Below, piece after piece: positions 1-9,771 of a DNA stretch of 64,000 nucleotides. Within the stretch, counting starts at the first letter, position 1. The number at the start of each line of letters is the position of its first letter. The notes below the pieces were generated by a model. The model made no database searches. It was not told the origin of the DNA and saw only the letters and a list, made by a program, of their open reading frames with translations. Both the position numbers and the translations under genes were made by a program. This stretch comes from Synechococcus sp. (GTDB lineage: Bacteria > Cyanobacteriota > Cyanobacteriia > PCC-6307 > Cyanobiaceae): the NCBI GenBank assembly GCA_047285805.1, contig JBJBCN010000003.1, positions 256,001 through 320,000 on the forward strand, in the 5' to 3' direction.

Positions 1-342
1 CACCCGCCAGCTTCGGGAGGCGGCTTCAACCAACAGCTGACGTGCGAGCTCAATGCCAGGACTGCGCCGCACCCGCCAACCATTGCGCTTCAGGGCCCAG
101 ACCACACCGGCCCCATCCGGGATCACGAGGTCAGCAGCCTCGATCGCCCCACCCAGGGCAGGATTGACAAGGGCCGCCATCGTCATTTCGGCGTTCAAGG
201 TGACGATCTGGCCGCCGCCCTGCTGCTTCAACGCCAGAGCCGCCTCGAGGACATCGGCGGCTACGGCCACCTGCACACCCAGGACCTGGGCGACCTCCCA
301 GGCAGGCTGATCAAATGCTTGAGGGCTGGCGGGAGTCGCCAT
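1..342 (-). CDS. WecB/TagA/CpsF family glycosyltransferase (5' part; runs off window start)
   Basis: Not in ORF track. Manual translation from ATG at 342: MATPASPQAFDQPAWEVAQVLGV...QIVTLNAEMTMAA...ADLVIPDGAGVVWAL...RSPGIELA; IVTLN and PDGxGVVWA are WecG/TagA motifs. Confidence 0.85.
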   Translation of the reverse strand, partial: MATPASPQAFDQPAWEVAQVLGVQVAVAADVLEAALALKQQGGGQIVTLNAEMTMAALVNPALGGAIEAADLVIPDGAGVVWALKRNGWRVRRSPGIELARQLLVEAASRSWRV

Positions 343-405
343 TGATGCCGTGGGGGATAGGCCGCACGAGAGAATCTATGGCTGGCCTTCAGGCAGTGCT
401 CGCCC

Positions 406-3400
406 ATGCCCCTCAGCAGCGCCCCGGTTGCGAACAGCGCCGCACCGCTGCGACTGAGTGCCGCTGAAGCCTGGCAGCACCTGAAGGAACTGGACCGCCA
501 AATCGATCAGGTGGTGCTACAGCGCCAACACCCGATCACCGGCCTGCTCCCCGCCAGCACCGCCAACAACGTTCACGGCAACTATGGCGATGCCTGGGTG
601 CGGGACTGCGTCTATTCAATCCAATGCGTCTGGGGCCTCTCTCTGGCCCACCGGCGCCTCAGTGGTGCCACCTCCCGCGTCTACGAGCTAGAGCAGCGGG
701 TACTGCAACTGATGCGGGGCCTGCTCAACGCGATGTTGCGCCAAGCCCACAAGGTCGAGCGCTTCAAGCAGACCCTCTCACCGCTCGATTGCCTGCACGC
801 CAAGTACGACACCGGCAGCGGCGATCCCGTGGTCCCAGACGACGGTTGGGGTCATCTGCAGCTCGATGCCACGGCCCTGTTTCTGCTGCAGCTCGCCCAG
901 CTGACCCGCTCGGGACTGGTCGTGGTCCAAACCAGCCATGAGCGGGACTTCCTGCAAAACCTTGTGTATTACGTCGCCCGCGCCTATCGCGTGCGCGATT
1001 ACGGCATTTGGGAGCGGGGCGACAAGGGCAACCACGGCCTACCGGAGCGCAACGCCAGCTCTATTGGCCTCGTCAAAGCGGCCCTCGAAGCCCTGGAGGG
1101 TCTGGATCTCTATGGCCCCCACGGCAGCGGGCACTGCCATCTGCACATCCCCCACGACGCCATCGTGCGGCTGCGGCGCGCCCTGAGCGGCCTGCTGCCG
1201 CGCGAGTCCGCCAGCAAGGAGGTGGATGCAGCCTGCCTCTCAGTGATCGGCTACCCGGCCTGGGCCGTGGAAGACCGCGCCCTGGTGGAGCGCACCCGGG
1301 ACAAAATCCGCACCGAACTAGGCGGCCCCTACGGCTACAAGCGCTTCCGCCGCGACGGCCACCAAACCGTGGTAGAGGACCACAACCGGCTGCATTACGA
1401 GCGCGAGGAACTGGCCCAGTTCGAGCACATCGAATGCGAGTGGCCCCTGTTCTTGGCCTACGAGCTGATCACGGCATGCTGCGAAGAGCGCTGGAGTGAG
1501 GCCTGGAGCTGGCGGGAGCGGCTGCGCAAGGTGGCCGTGGAGGTTGACGGGATCGCGCTGCTCCCTGAGGTGTATGTGGTCCCCAAAGAACGTGTTGAAG
1601 CAGAGCGCCAACAACCGGGAAGCCAGGAGCGGATCGCCAACGACAACGTGCCGTTGCTCTGGACGCAGAGCCTGACCTGGCTGGGTGATCTGATGCTGCT
1701 AGGCCTACTGGAGCCGCAGCAACTCGACCCCAGCGAGCGGCGCCGCAGCCGCAGCCTTGGCGCAACGGAGGTGCTGGTCAGTTTTGTTCCCGCACGCGAG
1801 AGCATCGCGGCGGCACTCGAGCAGGCCGGCCTCGCCGTGAGCAGGCCGACCGGTGCCATCAGCATTGCCAGCTCCAAGGAGCTGGCAGTGCTGATGGCAC
1901 CAGTGGGAGCCAATGCCCGTCTGGGGATGAGCGGCCACCCGCGCTTGCGAATGGAGACCATGGCCACAGCCCGTTTCTACCGCCAAGACCGTCAAACGCT
2001 GGCCTTTCTGCCCGCGGTACTGGAAGAGAGCACCTTCTACCTCTCCGATGACCCCGAGCAACTGGTCGATGCGGTCGCCAACGAAATCAGTCAGTTGCAG
2101 CGCCACTGGCGCGGCAGCGGTCTGCCGCTGTTGCTGATCCCCGTCGAAGAAGGTCCATTCCAGCGCAGCCCAGCTACCTTCGTGCGGCTGGGGGAAACCC
2201 TGCGAAGCGGCGTCCTGGGTGGCACCGCTGTTCAACTCGGCAGCCTGGATGACCTCGCCAGCCAAGGCTGCTGGGCCGACCTACCCAGCCACCAACCCAA
2301 AGCGGACGAGATAGCAGCAGCGGAGCTGACCCAGGGGCTGCAAAGCAGCAACCTCGACAAACGGCTAACCGCAGCAGACGAGCAGGAGCTAGAGGAGTCC
2401 AGCCTCGATGCCCTGATGGAGCGGCTCTGGCAAAGCGGATCCCTACAAGAACAAGCTGAGCTGCTGGAACTGCTGGTGCGCCGGCTAGGGCTCTCCACAG
2501 TTCTGACGGGGCCCAGCGGCAACGCCACCCCCAAGGCCCTGCTGGAGGAGGCTTACCGCCGGGGCCTCAAAGAGGGGGACTGGAATGTGGTCCGGCGCTG
2601 CGCTGGCGTCCTGGGCTTGGTGCATCCCCAACTCGAAGATGCACTGACCGATCTATTAGTGCGCCAAAAGCAAGTCGTGGTTGGACGCAATTACACCAAT
2701 GACTCCCTAATCACCCAGCCCCTCAGCAGCAAAACCATTTCTGCACGGATCAGGCGCTATAGCGGCGAGGACAGCCGCGAATGGGTGCTGCAACAGGAGC
2801 TCCTGCTCGCCCTCGATGGCCTCGCCCGGCGTGATCCAGCCCTCCTCAGCGGCAGCCTGACCCTGCAGCTGGGGCAGCTCTTACTGCTACTCACCAGTGA
2901 AGTGGCTAGTCAGAAGAACCTCTCACCAAGCGACGCATTCGAGGCCCTCTGCGATACCCCTCCCCACGCTATTGGGCGCCGGCTCAAGCAGGTTCTCAGC
3001 GATGTGGAACACGCCAAGGCCGCCCTCCAACGCAAAGAGCAACTTCACCTCAGCGGCCGGGTGAGCTGGGAGGCGCCAGCACCCCTCGAGGAACTCGAAA
3101 AGGGCGAGAACTGGCTCAAGCACCGCGAGCGCATGGGAGCGCTACAAAACGTTCCGCGGGACTTCCACCCGGGGATATGGAGCCTCCTGCACCATTGCCA
3201 CGGCCTAGTCATCGGCGACAAGCTCGAGCGCCGCAACCGGCTCGAGAGCGCGCCGCTGCTGAAGGAGAAAACCCCCGGCGAGCGCAACTTCGCGGTGCAC
3301 GTGGAGCACCTGCTCAGCAAGATCGAGGCCCCGGAGTACCGGCGCCTCTGCATCGAGACCCTGGTGACCCTGATTGCCTTTGTCGATACGAACCCGGAGG

Positions 3401-3612
3401 TCAGCGTCGATGACGACATCGTGCTGGATGTAGTGATTGGCCACGCCGTTCGGGTCGGCTGGCAACAACGCCATCCCGACTCCGATCCCTCTGACTACGG
3501 CAGCAACAAAGGCGATGCCTGGGATCAGTTTTATCGCTCGTCTCCAGCCGAATGCCGCCGCTGGCAACTGAAAGCTCTTCAAGAACTATCAAATCCTCAA
3601 AGCAACAACTGA
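406..3612 (+). CDS. Glycoside hydrolase family 15 / phosphorylase kinase alpha-beta-like protein
   Basis: 1068 aa; YGDAWVRD, WGHLQLDAT, DYGIWERGDK, LPRESASKEVDA, GYKRFRRDG, ECEWPLF motifs. Confidence 0.85.
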   Translation: MPLSSAPVANSAAPLRLSAAEAWQHLKELDRQIDQVVLQRQHPITGLLPASTANNVHGNYGDAWVRDCVYSIQCVWGLSLAHRRLSGATSRVYELEQRVLQLMRGLLNAMLRQAHKVERFKQTLSPLDCLHAKYDTGSGDPVVPDDGWGHLQLDATALFLLQLAQLTRSGLVVVQTSHERDFLQNLVYYVARAYRVRDYGIWERGDKGNHGLPERNASSIGLVKAALEALEGLDLYGPHGSGHCHLHIPHDAIVRLRRALSGLLPRESASKEVDAACLSVIGYPAWAVEDRALVERTRDKIRTELGGPYGYKRFRRDGHQTVVEDHNRLHYEREELAQFEHIECEWPLFLAYELITACCEERWSEAWSWRERLRKVAVEVDGIALLPEVYVVPKERVEAERQQPGSQERIANDNVPLLWTQSLTWLGDLMLLGLLEPQQLDPSERRRSRSLGATEVLVSFVPARESIAAALEQAGLAVSRPTGAISIASSKELAVLMAPVGANARLGMSGHPRLRMETMATARFYRQDRQTLAFLPAVLEESTFYLSDDPEQLVDAVANEISQLQRHWRGSGLPLLLIPVEEGPFQRSPATFVRLGETLRSGVLGGTAVQLGSLDDLASQGCWADLPSHQPKADEIAAAELTQGLQSSNLDKRLTAADEQELEESSLDALMERLWQSGSLQEQAELLELLVRRLGLSTVLTGPSGNATPKALLEEAYRRGLKEGDWNVVRRCAGVLGLVHPQLEDALTDLLVRQKQVVVGRNYTNDSLITQPLSSKTISARIRRYSGEDSREWVLQQELLLALDGLARRDPALLSGSLTLQLGQLLLLLTSEVASQKNLSPSDAFEALCDTPPHAIGRRLKQVLSDVEHAKAALQRKEQLHLSGRVSWEAPAPLEELEKGENWLKHRERMGALQNVPRDFHPGIWSLLHHCHGLVIGDKLERRNRLESAPLLKEKTPGERNFAVHVEHLLSKIEAPEYRRLCIETLVTLIAFVDTNPEVSVDDDIVLDVVIGHAVRVGWQQRHPDSDPSDYGSNKGDAWDQFYRSSPAECRRWQLKALQELSNPQSNN

Positions 3613-3726
3613 AGACAAGTTTTCCTATTCAGCAATAAACGTGCAGGCAAGTCTACATACAACAATAAGAGAGGAAGACAGAGCAGATGCACACCACACA
3701 GATGGTCGGCGGGTTCAAGATCGAAG

Positions 3727-4446
3727 TCAATTAGAGAGCTTAGTAGCAATAATATAGTGGTTATTCGGCTCCTCAGACAAATCGGCCAATGAGAATAACA
3801 GGCAAACAGGAATAGCAATGACTGCAAAAAGAATCATAAATGGCAATAAAGGATAAAAAAGACGCGTTCTTCGATGAATGCCTATATCAGACAAGCCTTG
3901 AACCCTTAATGACTGGAGGATCATATAGAACAAGCGAGATGCAATAGTAAACCAAGCTCCACCCCTTGGCTCAAGCGTGTCAATCGTGAATCCCGCGCTG
4001 TCAAGGGCTTTTTGAATCCAAAAACGCGTGAAGTTATAATAGTGAAATGGAATCATATGTATATTACTAGTCTGCGGGATCAAAAGAATAATTCTTCCTC
4101 CAGTACGGCAGAGTCTGGCACACTCCGACAGCATTAAGGCAGGATCGTAGACATGCTCGAGGACTTGTATGCTGAGCACCAAGTCAAAAGATTCGTCAGG
4201 CAAAGGAACACAACAACCATCGGCACAAATTAGCTCTACCCTGGGATACTGCTGAACAACAGAAGATCGACCAATGGAAGGATCCACAGTCGTCCACGAA
4301 GAAAATTTAATTCCACGACGAAGAACATCCTTATAGAAAGAACCTCCCCCCATGTCTAAAACATCCCCATTTCCGTAAATCTGCAGATCAGAGAATAACT
4401 TCTGACTCAGAAGATTTCTAATGAAATAAAGGAAGCCGCGAACCAT
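3727..4446 (-). CDS. Class I SAM-dependent methyltransferase (type 11-like)
   Basis: VLDMGGG motif I, PLPDESFDLVLSIQVLEHV; hydrophobic C-terminal segment. Confidence 0.8.
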   Translation of the reverse strand: MVRGFLYFIRNLLSQKLFSDLQIYGNGDVLDMGGGSFYKDVLRRGIKFSSWTTVDPSIGRSSVVQQYPRVELICADGCCVPLPDESFDLVLSIQVLEHVYDPALMLSECARLCRTGGRIILLIPQTSNIHMIPFHYYNFTRFWIQKALDSAGFTIDTLEPRGGAWFTIASRLFYMILQSLRVQGLSDIGIHRRTRLFYPLLPFMILFAVIAIPVCLLFSLADLSEEPNNHYIIATKLSN

Positions 4447-4567
4447 CAGAAGGAGGGAGATGGAACATAATCATGCCACAACCTGAAACCATGGAAAAGA
4501 AGCTAAGTCAATCTAGAGCAATCAAGAGCAACCAAAGTAGTAAGCTGATGGTGCCACTCCAGAAAAC

Positions 4568-5497
4568 ATGTCACAACTAGTATCAGTCATAATTCCAGTA
4601 TATAAAACGACAGACACTTTAATCCAGCTGTGCGCTAGGATCAAAGGAGCGCTCCAAGATTATTGCGCTTACGAAATAATTCTGGTTGACGACAACAGCT
4701 CCGAGGAGTCCTGGCCAACAATTAGAGGCATATGCAAAAAAGAGAGACTGGTGCGTGGAGTAAAACTCTTAAAGAATTATGGTCAGCATAATGCACTAGC
4801 TTGCGGCATAAGCAGATCAAAAGGAGACATTATTGCAACACTAGACGATGACTTACAACATCCACCAGAATGCCTGCCTGAACTCATTGCAGAACTAGGG
4901 AGCACGTTTGACGTTGTTTATGGCAAGCCACAAGAAAGATCAACAACATTAATTAGGCAGTTAATAAGCAAAGCAACCAAGAATGTTCTTTCTATATTGG
5001 CACGAGACGAAAATATAGCAGTGAACGCTTCCGCATTAAGAGTGTTCCAGGGTAGATTGAGAGTACTCTTTAACAGTCATGCAAACCCAAGTACAAATGT
5101 GGATGTAGTTTTAAGCTGGGGTGCTAGTAATTACTGCATTAGGCCTGTAAATTTTAACTTCAGAGCCCAGGGCGACTCAGGCTACTCACTTAAAAGACTG
5201 GCGAGACATGCAACTAATATACTTACTGGCATGACAACTACACCACTTAGGCTTGCAAGCATTCTTGGAGTGACGATGTTCGCTTTTGGCCTCTTATTGA
5301 TCATCTACTTGGTAAGCATCGGTATTGCTTATGGGACACCGGTTCCGGGGTTCATGTTCATAGCTACAACGATCTGTCTTTTTAATGGTGCTCAAATGCT
5401 TGCTATTGGTATCATTGGTGAATACCTGGCTAGAGTTTACCTTCGAGCCTCTGATAGACCGTGTTTCATTGTAAGAGAAGAATTGAATGCAACCTGA
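4568..5497 (+). CDS. GT2 polyprenol-phosphate glycosyltransferase (GtrB/ArnC-like)
   Basis: VSVIIPVY, ILVDDNS, NYGQHNAL, LDDDLQHPPE, two C-terminal TM helices, GIIGEYLAR. Confidence 0.85.
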   Translation: MSQLVSVIIPVYKTTDTLIQLCARIKGALQDYCAYEIILVDDNSSEESWPTIRGICKKERLVRGVKLLKNYGQHNALACGISRSKGDIIATLDDDLQHPPECLPELIAELGSTFDVVYGKPQERSTTLIRQLISKATKNVLSILARDENIAVNASALRVFQGRLRVLFNSHANPSTNVDVVLSWGASNYCIRPVNFNFRAQGDSGYSLKRLARHATNILTGMTTTPLRLASILGVTMFAFGLLLIIYLVSIGIAYGTPVPGFMFIATTICLFNGAQMLAIGIIGEYLARVYLRASDRPCFIVREELNAT

Positions 5498-6260
5498 GGA
5501 ATTTCACTTAAAGTCGTGCTCGGTGAAGCTAAGACTAAATTCTTATGATTCATCAGTTTTCAACGGACCTGTCTATGATCTATTTTCGTTGAAGCTTGAT
5601 GATAGCGAACACGCCGCCAGAGACCTAGGATCATTACTATTTGACCTAAAGGCATTTGCAGCGACTAGTTCATCTTCGATATTAGATTACAGGGTTAATG
5701 CGGCTCTACAGCGCTGCGGATTCGTAGTCGCCGATAGCACGATCGAGCCATATCTACTTCATGAGGATTATTTAGATAGTTGCAATGATTACGCTGAGGA
5801 CATCATGGTCATAGATCAGCCTTCTAAATTTGAGAGACGTGCTGCATGTGAGATTGCACGTTTATGCTTTAGAAATCAGCGCTATCATATAGACGATAGA
5901 TTCGATAATAATCTAGCTGATTTGCGCTACGTAAAATGGGTAGAAAGCACGGAGATCTCTGATGAACAAAGATTAGTGATTTTAGCGAATACGGAAGGTC
6001 TGATAAGTTTTTTTGTAACTCAAGAAGTCAGAGATTCAAAATCTGTCTATTGGCATCTTAATGCTATCAATCCAAAATCACAAGGTAAAGGTCTTGGCAA
6101 GATTTGCTGGCAAAAGATGCTAGACTATCATTGGTCAAAGGGAGCATTATCTATTAAGACCACAATCTCCTGCCATAATACGAGGGCTTTGCGTATATAC
6201 TCTTCTTTAGGATTTAGATTTAAGAATCACAATCTTAAGATGCATTGGCAACGGCTTTAG
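5487..6260 (+). CDS. GNAT N-acyltransferase (WecD/RffC-like)
   Basis: RYHIDDRF...RYVKWV segment and QGKGLG acetyl-CoA motif, NTRALRIYSSLGF. Confidence 0.7.
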   Translation: MQPEEFHLKSCSVKLRLNSYDSSVFNGPVYDLFSLKLDDSEHAARDLGSLLFDLKAFAATSSSSILDYRVNAALQRCGFVVADSTIEPYLLHEDYLDSCNDYAEDIMVIDQPSKFERRAACEIARLCFRNQRYHIDDRFDNNLADLRYVKWVESTEISDEQRLVILANTEGLISFFVTQEVRDSKSVYWHLNAINPKSQGKGLGKICWQKMLDYHWSKGALSIKTTISCHNTRALRIYSSLGFRFKNHNLKMHWQRL

Positions 6261-6351
6261 AATCACACCAGCGAAAACTCGTGGACTACGAGTCGGTGGA
6301 GCTGTTGGCTTGTTATGGCTGCTAAGATTAAGATTAAGTTCGGACTACGTC

Positions 6352-6966
6352 ATGCAAAGGACAGACGGATGGCGTAGATTTTTAGGAAAAGCTTCAATCT
6401 ATAACTTGGTGCAGAATATACTTGGTGCCGAAGCCTTTAGAGCAATCTATGTAAAAGACTATATAAAACCAAAGAGTGGGGACAGGGTTCTGGATATTGG
6501 ATGCGGAACTAGCGAAATTCTCAAGCACCTAGATCCTTCTATAGTTTATGTGGGATGCGATATGTCTATAGATTATATTGGATATTCACGAAGCAAGTAT
6601 GGTAATCGAGGCGAATTTCATAATAAGAATGCTTCAGACCTAGAAGGTTTAGCGGATTCAAAATTTGATATCGTGTTGGTCAACGGTCTTTTACATCATC
6701 TTGATGACTCAGAGGTAATTGAGTTACTCAGATATGCAAAGAGGAATCTTGTTCAGGGAGGACGACTGAGCACATTTGATCCTTGTTTGGTTGAGAGTCA
6801 GAATTGGTTGGCCCGGTTTTTAATTAATAGAGATCGCGGCAAGAATGTAAGAACAATAAAAGCATATCTTGACTTGGTTAGCAGTGAGTTTTGTGAAGTT
6901 TCGTATTCAGTTAGGCATGATTTGCTCAGGGTCCCCTATACCCACATAATTATAGATGGAAAATGA
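6352..6966 (+). CDS. Class I SAM-dependent methyltransferase
   Basis: RVLDIGCGT, FDIVLVNGLLHHL; ATG 6352 preferred over TTG 6310. Confidence 0.8.
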   Translation: MQRTDGWRRFLGKASIYNLVQNILGAEAFRAIYVKDYIKPKSGDRVLDIGCGTSEILKHLDPSIVYVGCDMSIDYIGYSRSKYGNRGEFHNKNASDLEGLADSKFDIVLVNGLLHHLDDSEVIELLRYAKRNLVQGGRLSTFDPCLVESQNWLARFLINRDRGKNVRTIKAYLDLVSSEFCEVSYSVRHDLLRVPYTHIIIDGK

Positions 6967-8102
6967 AGATGATTCCCTTCAATAAGCCGTATCTAACAGG
7001 TGATGAGCTTATAAATATCCAGGCAGCACATCAAATAGGACAACTTGCTGGTGATGGTAATTTTACTAAAGACTGTCAGTCTTGGCTGCAGTCTTACTTT
7101 AATGCTGAACTAGCTCTCATTACTCACTCTTGTACAGCGGCCTTAGAAATGTCAGCGCTTTTGGGTGACATTAAAGCCGGTGATGAAGTGATCTTGCCAT
7201 CATATACATTCGTTTCGACAGCAAACGCATTTGCATTGAGGGGAGCCACACCCGTATTTGTTGATATAAATCCAGAGACGCTGAATGTTGATGAAGATAA
7301 GATGATTAATGCAATTACGAGTAAGACAAAGGCCCTTGTTCCTGTTAATTATGGTGGTTCTTGTTGTGATTTGGATAGGCTCGTCGAAGCCAAGATTGCA
7401 TCTTCGTTGCTTCTCATTGAGGATGCTGCACAATCAATTTTATCGACATATCGAGGAAAGCCACTCGGTTCCATTGGTGATCTGAGTACAATAAGCTTTC
7501 ATGAAACGAAGAATATTATCAGTGGAGAAGGAGGAGCCTTAATTATTAATAATCCTAATTTTTCCGCTCGCGCTGAGATTATTAGGGAGAAGGGAACTGA
7601 TCGTAGTTTGTTTTTCCGTGGGATAACTGATAAGTATACCTGGAGAGATATCGGAAGTTCGTTCTTGCCGGGTGAGTTGATCGCAGCATTCCTCAATGCG
7701 CAGCTAGTGAAGTCTTACGAAATTACCGATAGACGAAAGAGGTTATGGATGCGTTATCACACAGCTTTCGCAGATATTGAATCCATTGGAATTGTCCGTC
7801 GACCAAGAATACCGGAATACTGCAATCACAATGGACATATATATTATCTTCTGCTTAATTCAGAAGCCTCAAGGGATCAGTTTATATCCAGGATGATGGA
7901 GAAGGGGATACGATGCGTTTTTCACTATATTCCCTTACATTCTGCTCCCTTTGGAATTAAAGTCGGTAGAGTTGCTTCTGAAATGAATGCAACGAATCAG
8001 GTCTCTTCAACCATTGTTAGACTTCCTCTTTGGGTTGGACTAGAAGAATACCAAGAATACGTCATAGATGAAGCAATAAATACTCTCAAGACTCTCTTGT
8101 AG
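6963..8102 (+). CDS. rffA: dTDP-4-amino-4,6-dideoxygalactose transaminase (WecE/RffA)
   Basis: MIPFNKP, SCTAALEM, SFHETKN PLP lysine, IIREKGTDRS..FFRG..DKYTW. Confidence 0.9.
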   Translation: MKMIPFNKPYLTGDELINIQAAHQIGQLAGDGNFTKDCQSWLQSYFNAELALITHSCTAALEMSALLGDIKAGDEVILPSYTFVSTANAFALRGATPVFVDINPETLNVDEDKMINAITSKTKALVPVNYGGSCCDLDRLVEAKIASSLLLIEDAAQSILSTYRGKPLGSIGDLSTISFHETKNIISGEGGALIINNPNFSARAEIIREKGTDRSLFFRGITDKYTWRDIGSSFLPGELIAAFLNAQLVKSYEITDRRKRLWMRYHTAFADIESIGIVRRPRIPEYCNHNGHIYYLLLNSEASRDQFISRMMEKGIRCVFHYIPLHSAPFGIKVGRVASEMNATNQVSSTIVRLPLWVGLEEYQEYVIDEAINTLKTLL

Positions 8103-9372
8103 AAGCATTAAAGAGTTCGTATGTATATTTTAGAGTATATGCAAGCATGATTCCAAATATGGCCGGACACCATACGAAGTCAAATAGGTCTTGACTAAGG
8201 AATTGCAAACTGGGGTCATAGGGCCTGTAATTAAAAATCAAGACTGGGATGCATAATACATGCAATACAGCACAAGTAGCGCGATTTAGTTTGAATTTAG
8301 TTATCGCGCTCGTATTAATCAAGATGATTTTTGATGGATTTATAAGATGAGCATAAAAGGCAGATGCTCCAATATAAAAGAAACCTACGGATACAAGCTT
8401 GTAGTTTGCAGATGTAGCAAAGAGATACAGCAAACAAAAAGCAGATGCTCCCATTGCTGCGGTCAACGCGGACATTGTTAATTGTGGGTTTAGTCTAAGT
8501 TCTGTTGAGATATTGACTTTTTTCCCTAAGGATAAAAAAAGCATACTCGTCACTACGATGATCGAGATCTTTATAAATAAGTCGCTGTGAGAGTCAACAG
8601 CTACTAGAAGTCCATGTATCTCTCCTGGCTCTATCTGTATACGAGTGGCATTTTTTCCAGGAAGCCCCGAAGGGAATAGGATGAGTACTGCACACAATGT
8701 GGAGAATATTGATGCAACTAATATTGCTTTTTTCTTGCTAAAATGATTGCTTATAATCCCATTTAAAAAAAGCATTGGAAACGTAAAGACTTTAATGGCT
8801 GCACTCAGTAGAATCAAGACCTGGGACAAAAGCATTTTAATGCTAGTCTTGCGAGATTTATGTCTTGATTTATTTGTCAGCGGTATAACCAGACAGCCAA
8901 GAATGCACAAACTCCAAGATATCGAATCAAGTTGTCCTCTTTCAAGCATATACCTTACAGGATAAGAGAGCCAAAAGACTAAGTAAGCTAAATAAAAGCT
9001 TGTACTACCTGGAGCTCTTAAGCTGACCATAAAGACGGCGACTGCAAAAAAGGTAGCAAAAATAATAGCTAGTATGCTCGGGGATAAAAATAAAAACGAT
9101 GGCAGTACTCTTGCTAGCAGAAACGGGAGTATCGGATAATCAAATCCACCTGGAGGAACGCCATAGAATTGATCACTACAAGAACCTGTTGAGTAGAATT
9201 CAAATACTGGTTTAGAGCAAATAGCATTGATTGTAAGTATATAGATGTCCCTAAAAGGCGGGAATGCGGTTGGAATTCCTGCAAATGGTAGGCCTGCATT
9301 ATCTAAGGCATAAAAAATTACCTCGCCAATGACCAATACTGGAGGCAATACCAAGACTAGATATCTAAGCAT
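8086..9372 (-). CDS. Polytopic membrane protein, GT87/GT-C-like glycosyltransferase
   Basis: Many hydrophobic segments; PFRD, FDYP, ERGQLD and AAIKVF resemble GT87 (DUF2029) motifs. Confidence 0.55.
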   Translation of the reverse strand: MLRYLVLVLPPVLVIGEVIFYALDNAGLPFAGIPTAFPPFRDIYILTINAICSKPVFEFYSTGSCSDQFYGVPPGGFDYPILPFLLARVLPSFLFLSPSILAIIFATFFAVAVFMVSLRAPGSTSFYLAYLVFWLSYPVRYMLERGQLDSISWSLCILGCLVIPLTNKSRHKSRKTSIKMLLSQVLILLSAAIKVFTFPMLFLNGIISNHFSKKKAILVASIFSTLCAVLILFPSGLPGKNATRIQIEPGEIHGLLVAVDSHSDLFIKISIIVVTSMLFLSLGKKVNISTELRLNPQLTMSALTAAMGASAFCLLYLFATSANYKLVSVGFFYIGASAFYAHLINPSKIILINTSAITKFKLNRATCAVLHVLCIPVLIFNYRPYDPSLQFLSQDLFDFVWCPAIFGIMLAYTLKYTYELFNASTRES

Positions 9373-9640
9373 ATTCGGGAAGAGTATATGCCAAAATAAT
9401 CCATATTACTGTGCTGACGAAGTAGCCAATCAGCAAAGAGAATATGATCGTTATAATCTTATACCGCCAACTTGATTTGCTAGACTGCACAGAATTAAGA
9501 ATCAACAATGAGGCGCAGACCTGGAAGATCAAGAATATGATAGTCCAAACGCGAAGCGGAAAAATATCAAAACGCGAGTTAATCGCTCTTGCTGGTCCTA
9601 TCAAGATTTGAACTAGACTAGTCATAGTCAAATAGACCAC
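9365..9640 (-). CDS. Small hydrophobic hypothetical membrane protein
   Basis: 91 aa, two hydrophobic stretches, 8-bp overlap with downstream gene. Confidence 0.4.
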   Translation of the reverse strand: MVYLTMTSLVQILIGPARAINSRFDIFPLRVWTIIFLIFQVCASLLILNSVQSSKSSWRYKIITIIFSLLIGYFVSTVIWIILAYTLPEYA

Positions 9641-9771
9641 TCTTTACTCGCAGCAAGGAAACCTGAAGAAATTTGGCCCTGAACAAGCAAAATCATAAGA
9701 TTGAACTTTTATCACACTTGAATAGGCAATTAAATATCTAAGGGTTGGGACTCATGAAATTTATCAATGGT

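Larger units (their letters stand above)
3613..9771. other. AT-rich glycan-modification islet A
   Basis: Abrupt GC drop between GH15 and Gfo/Idh genes; sugar-modification genes only; no mobility gene. Confidence 0.85.

Noticed and set aside
53..310. 85-aa + strand ORF
   Set aside because: Antisense to the WecB/TagA gene at 1-342
6277..6293. Small hairpin ACTCGT-GGACT-ACGAGT between islet A genes
   Set aside because: Short stem with no U-tract; too weak to call a terminator
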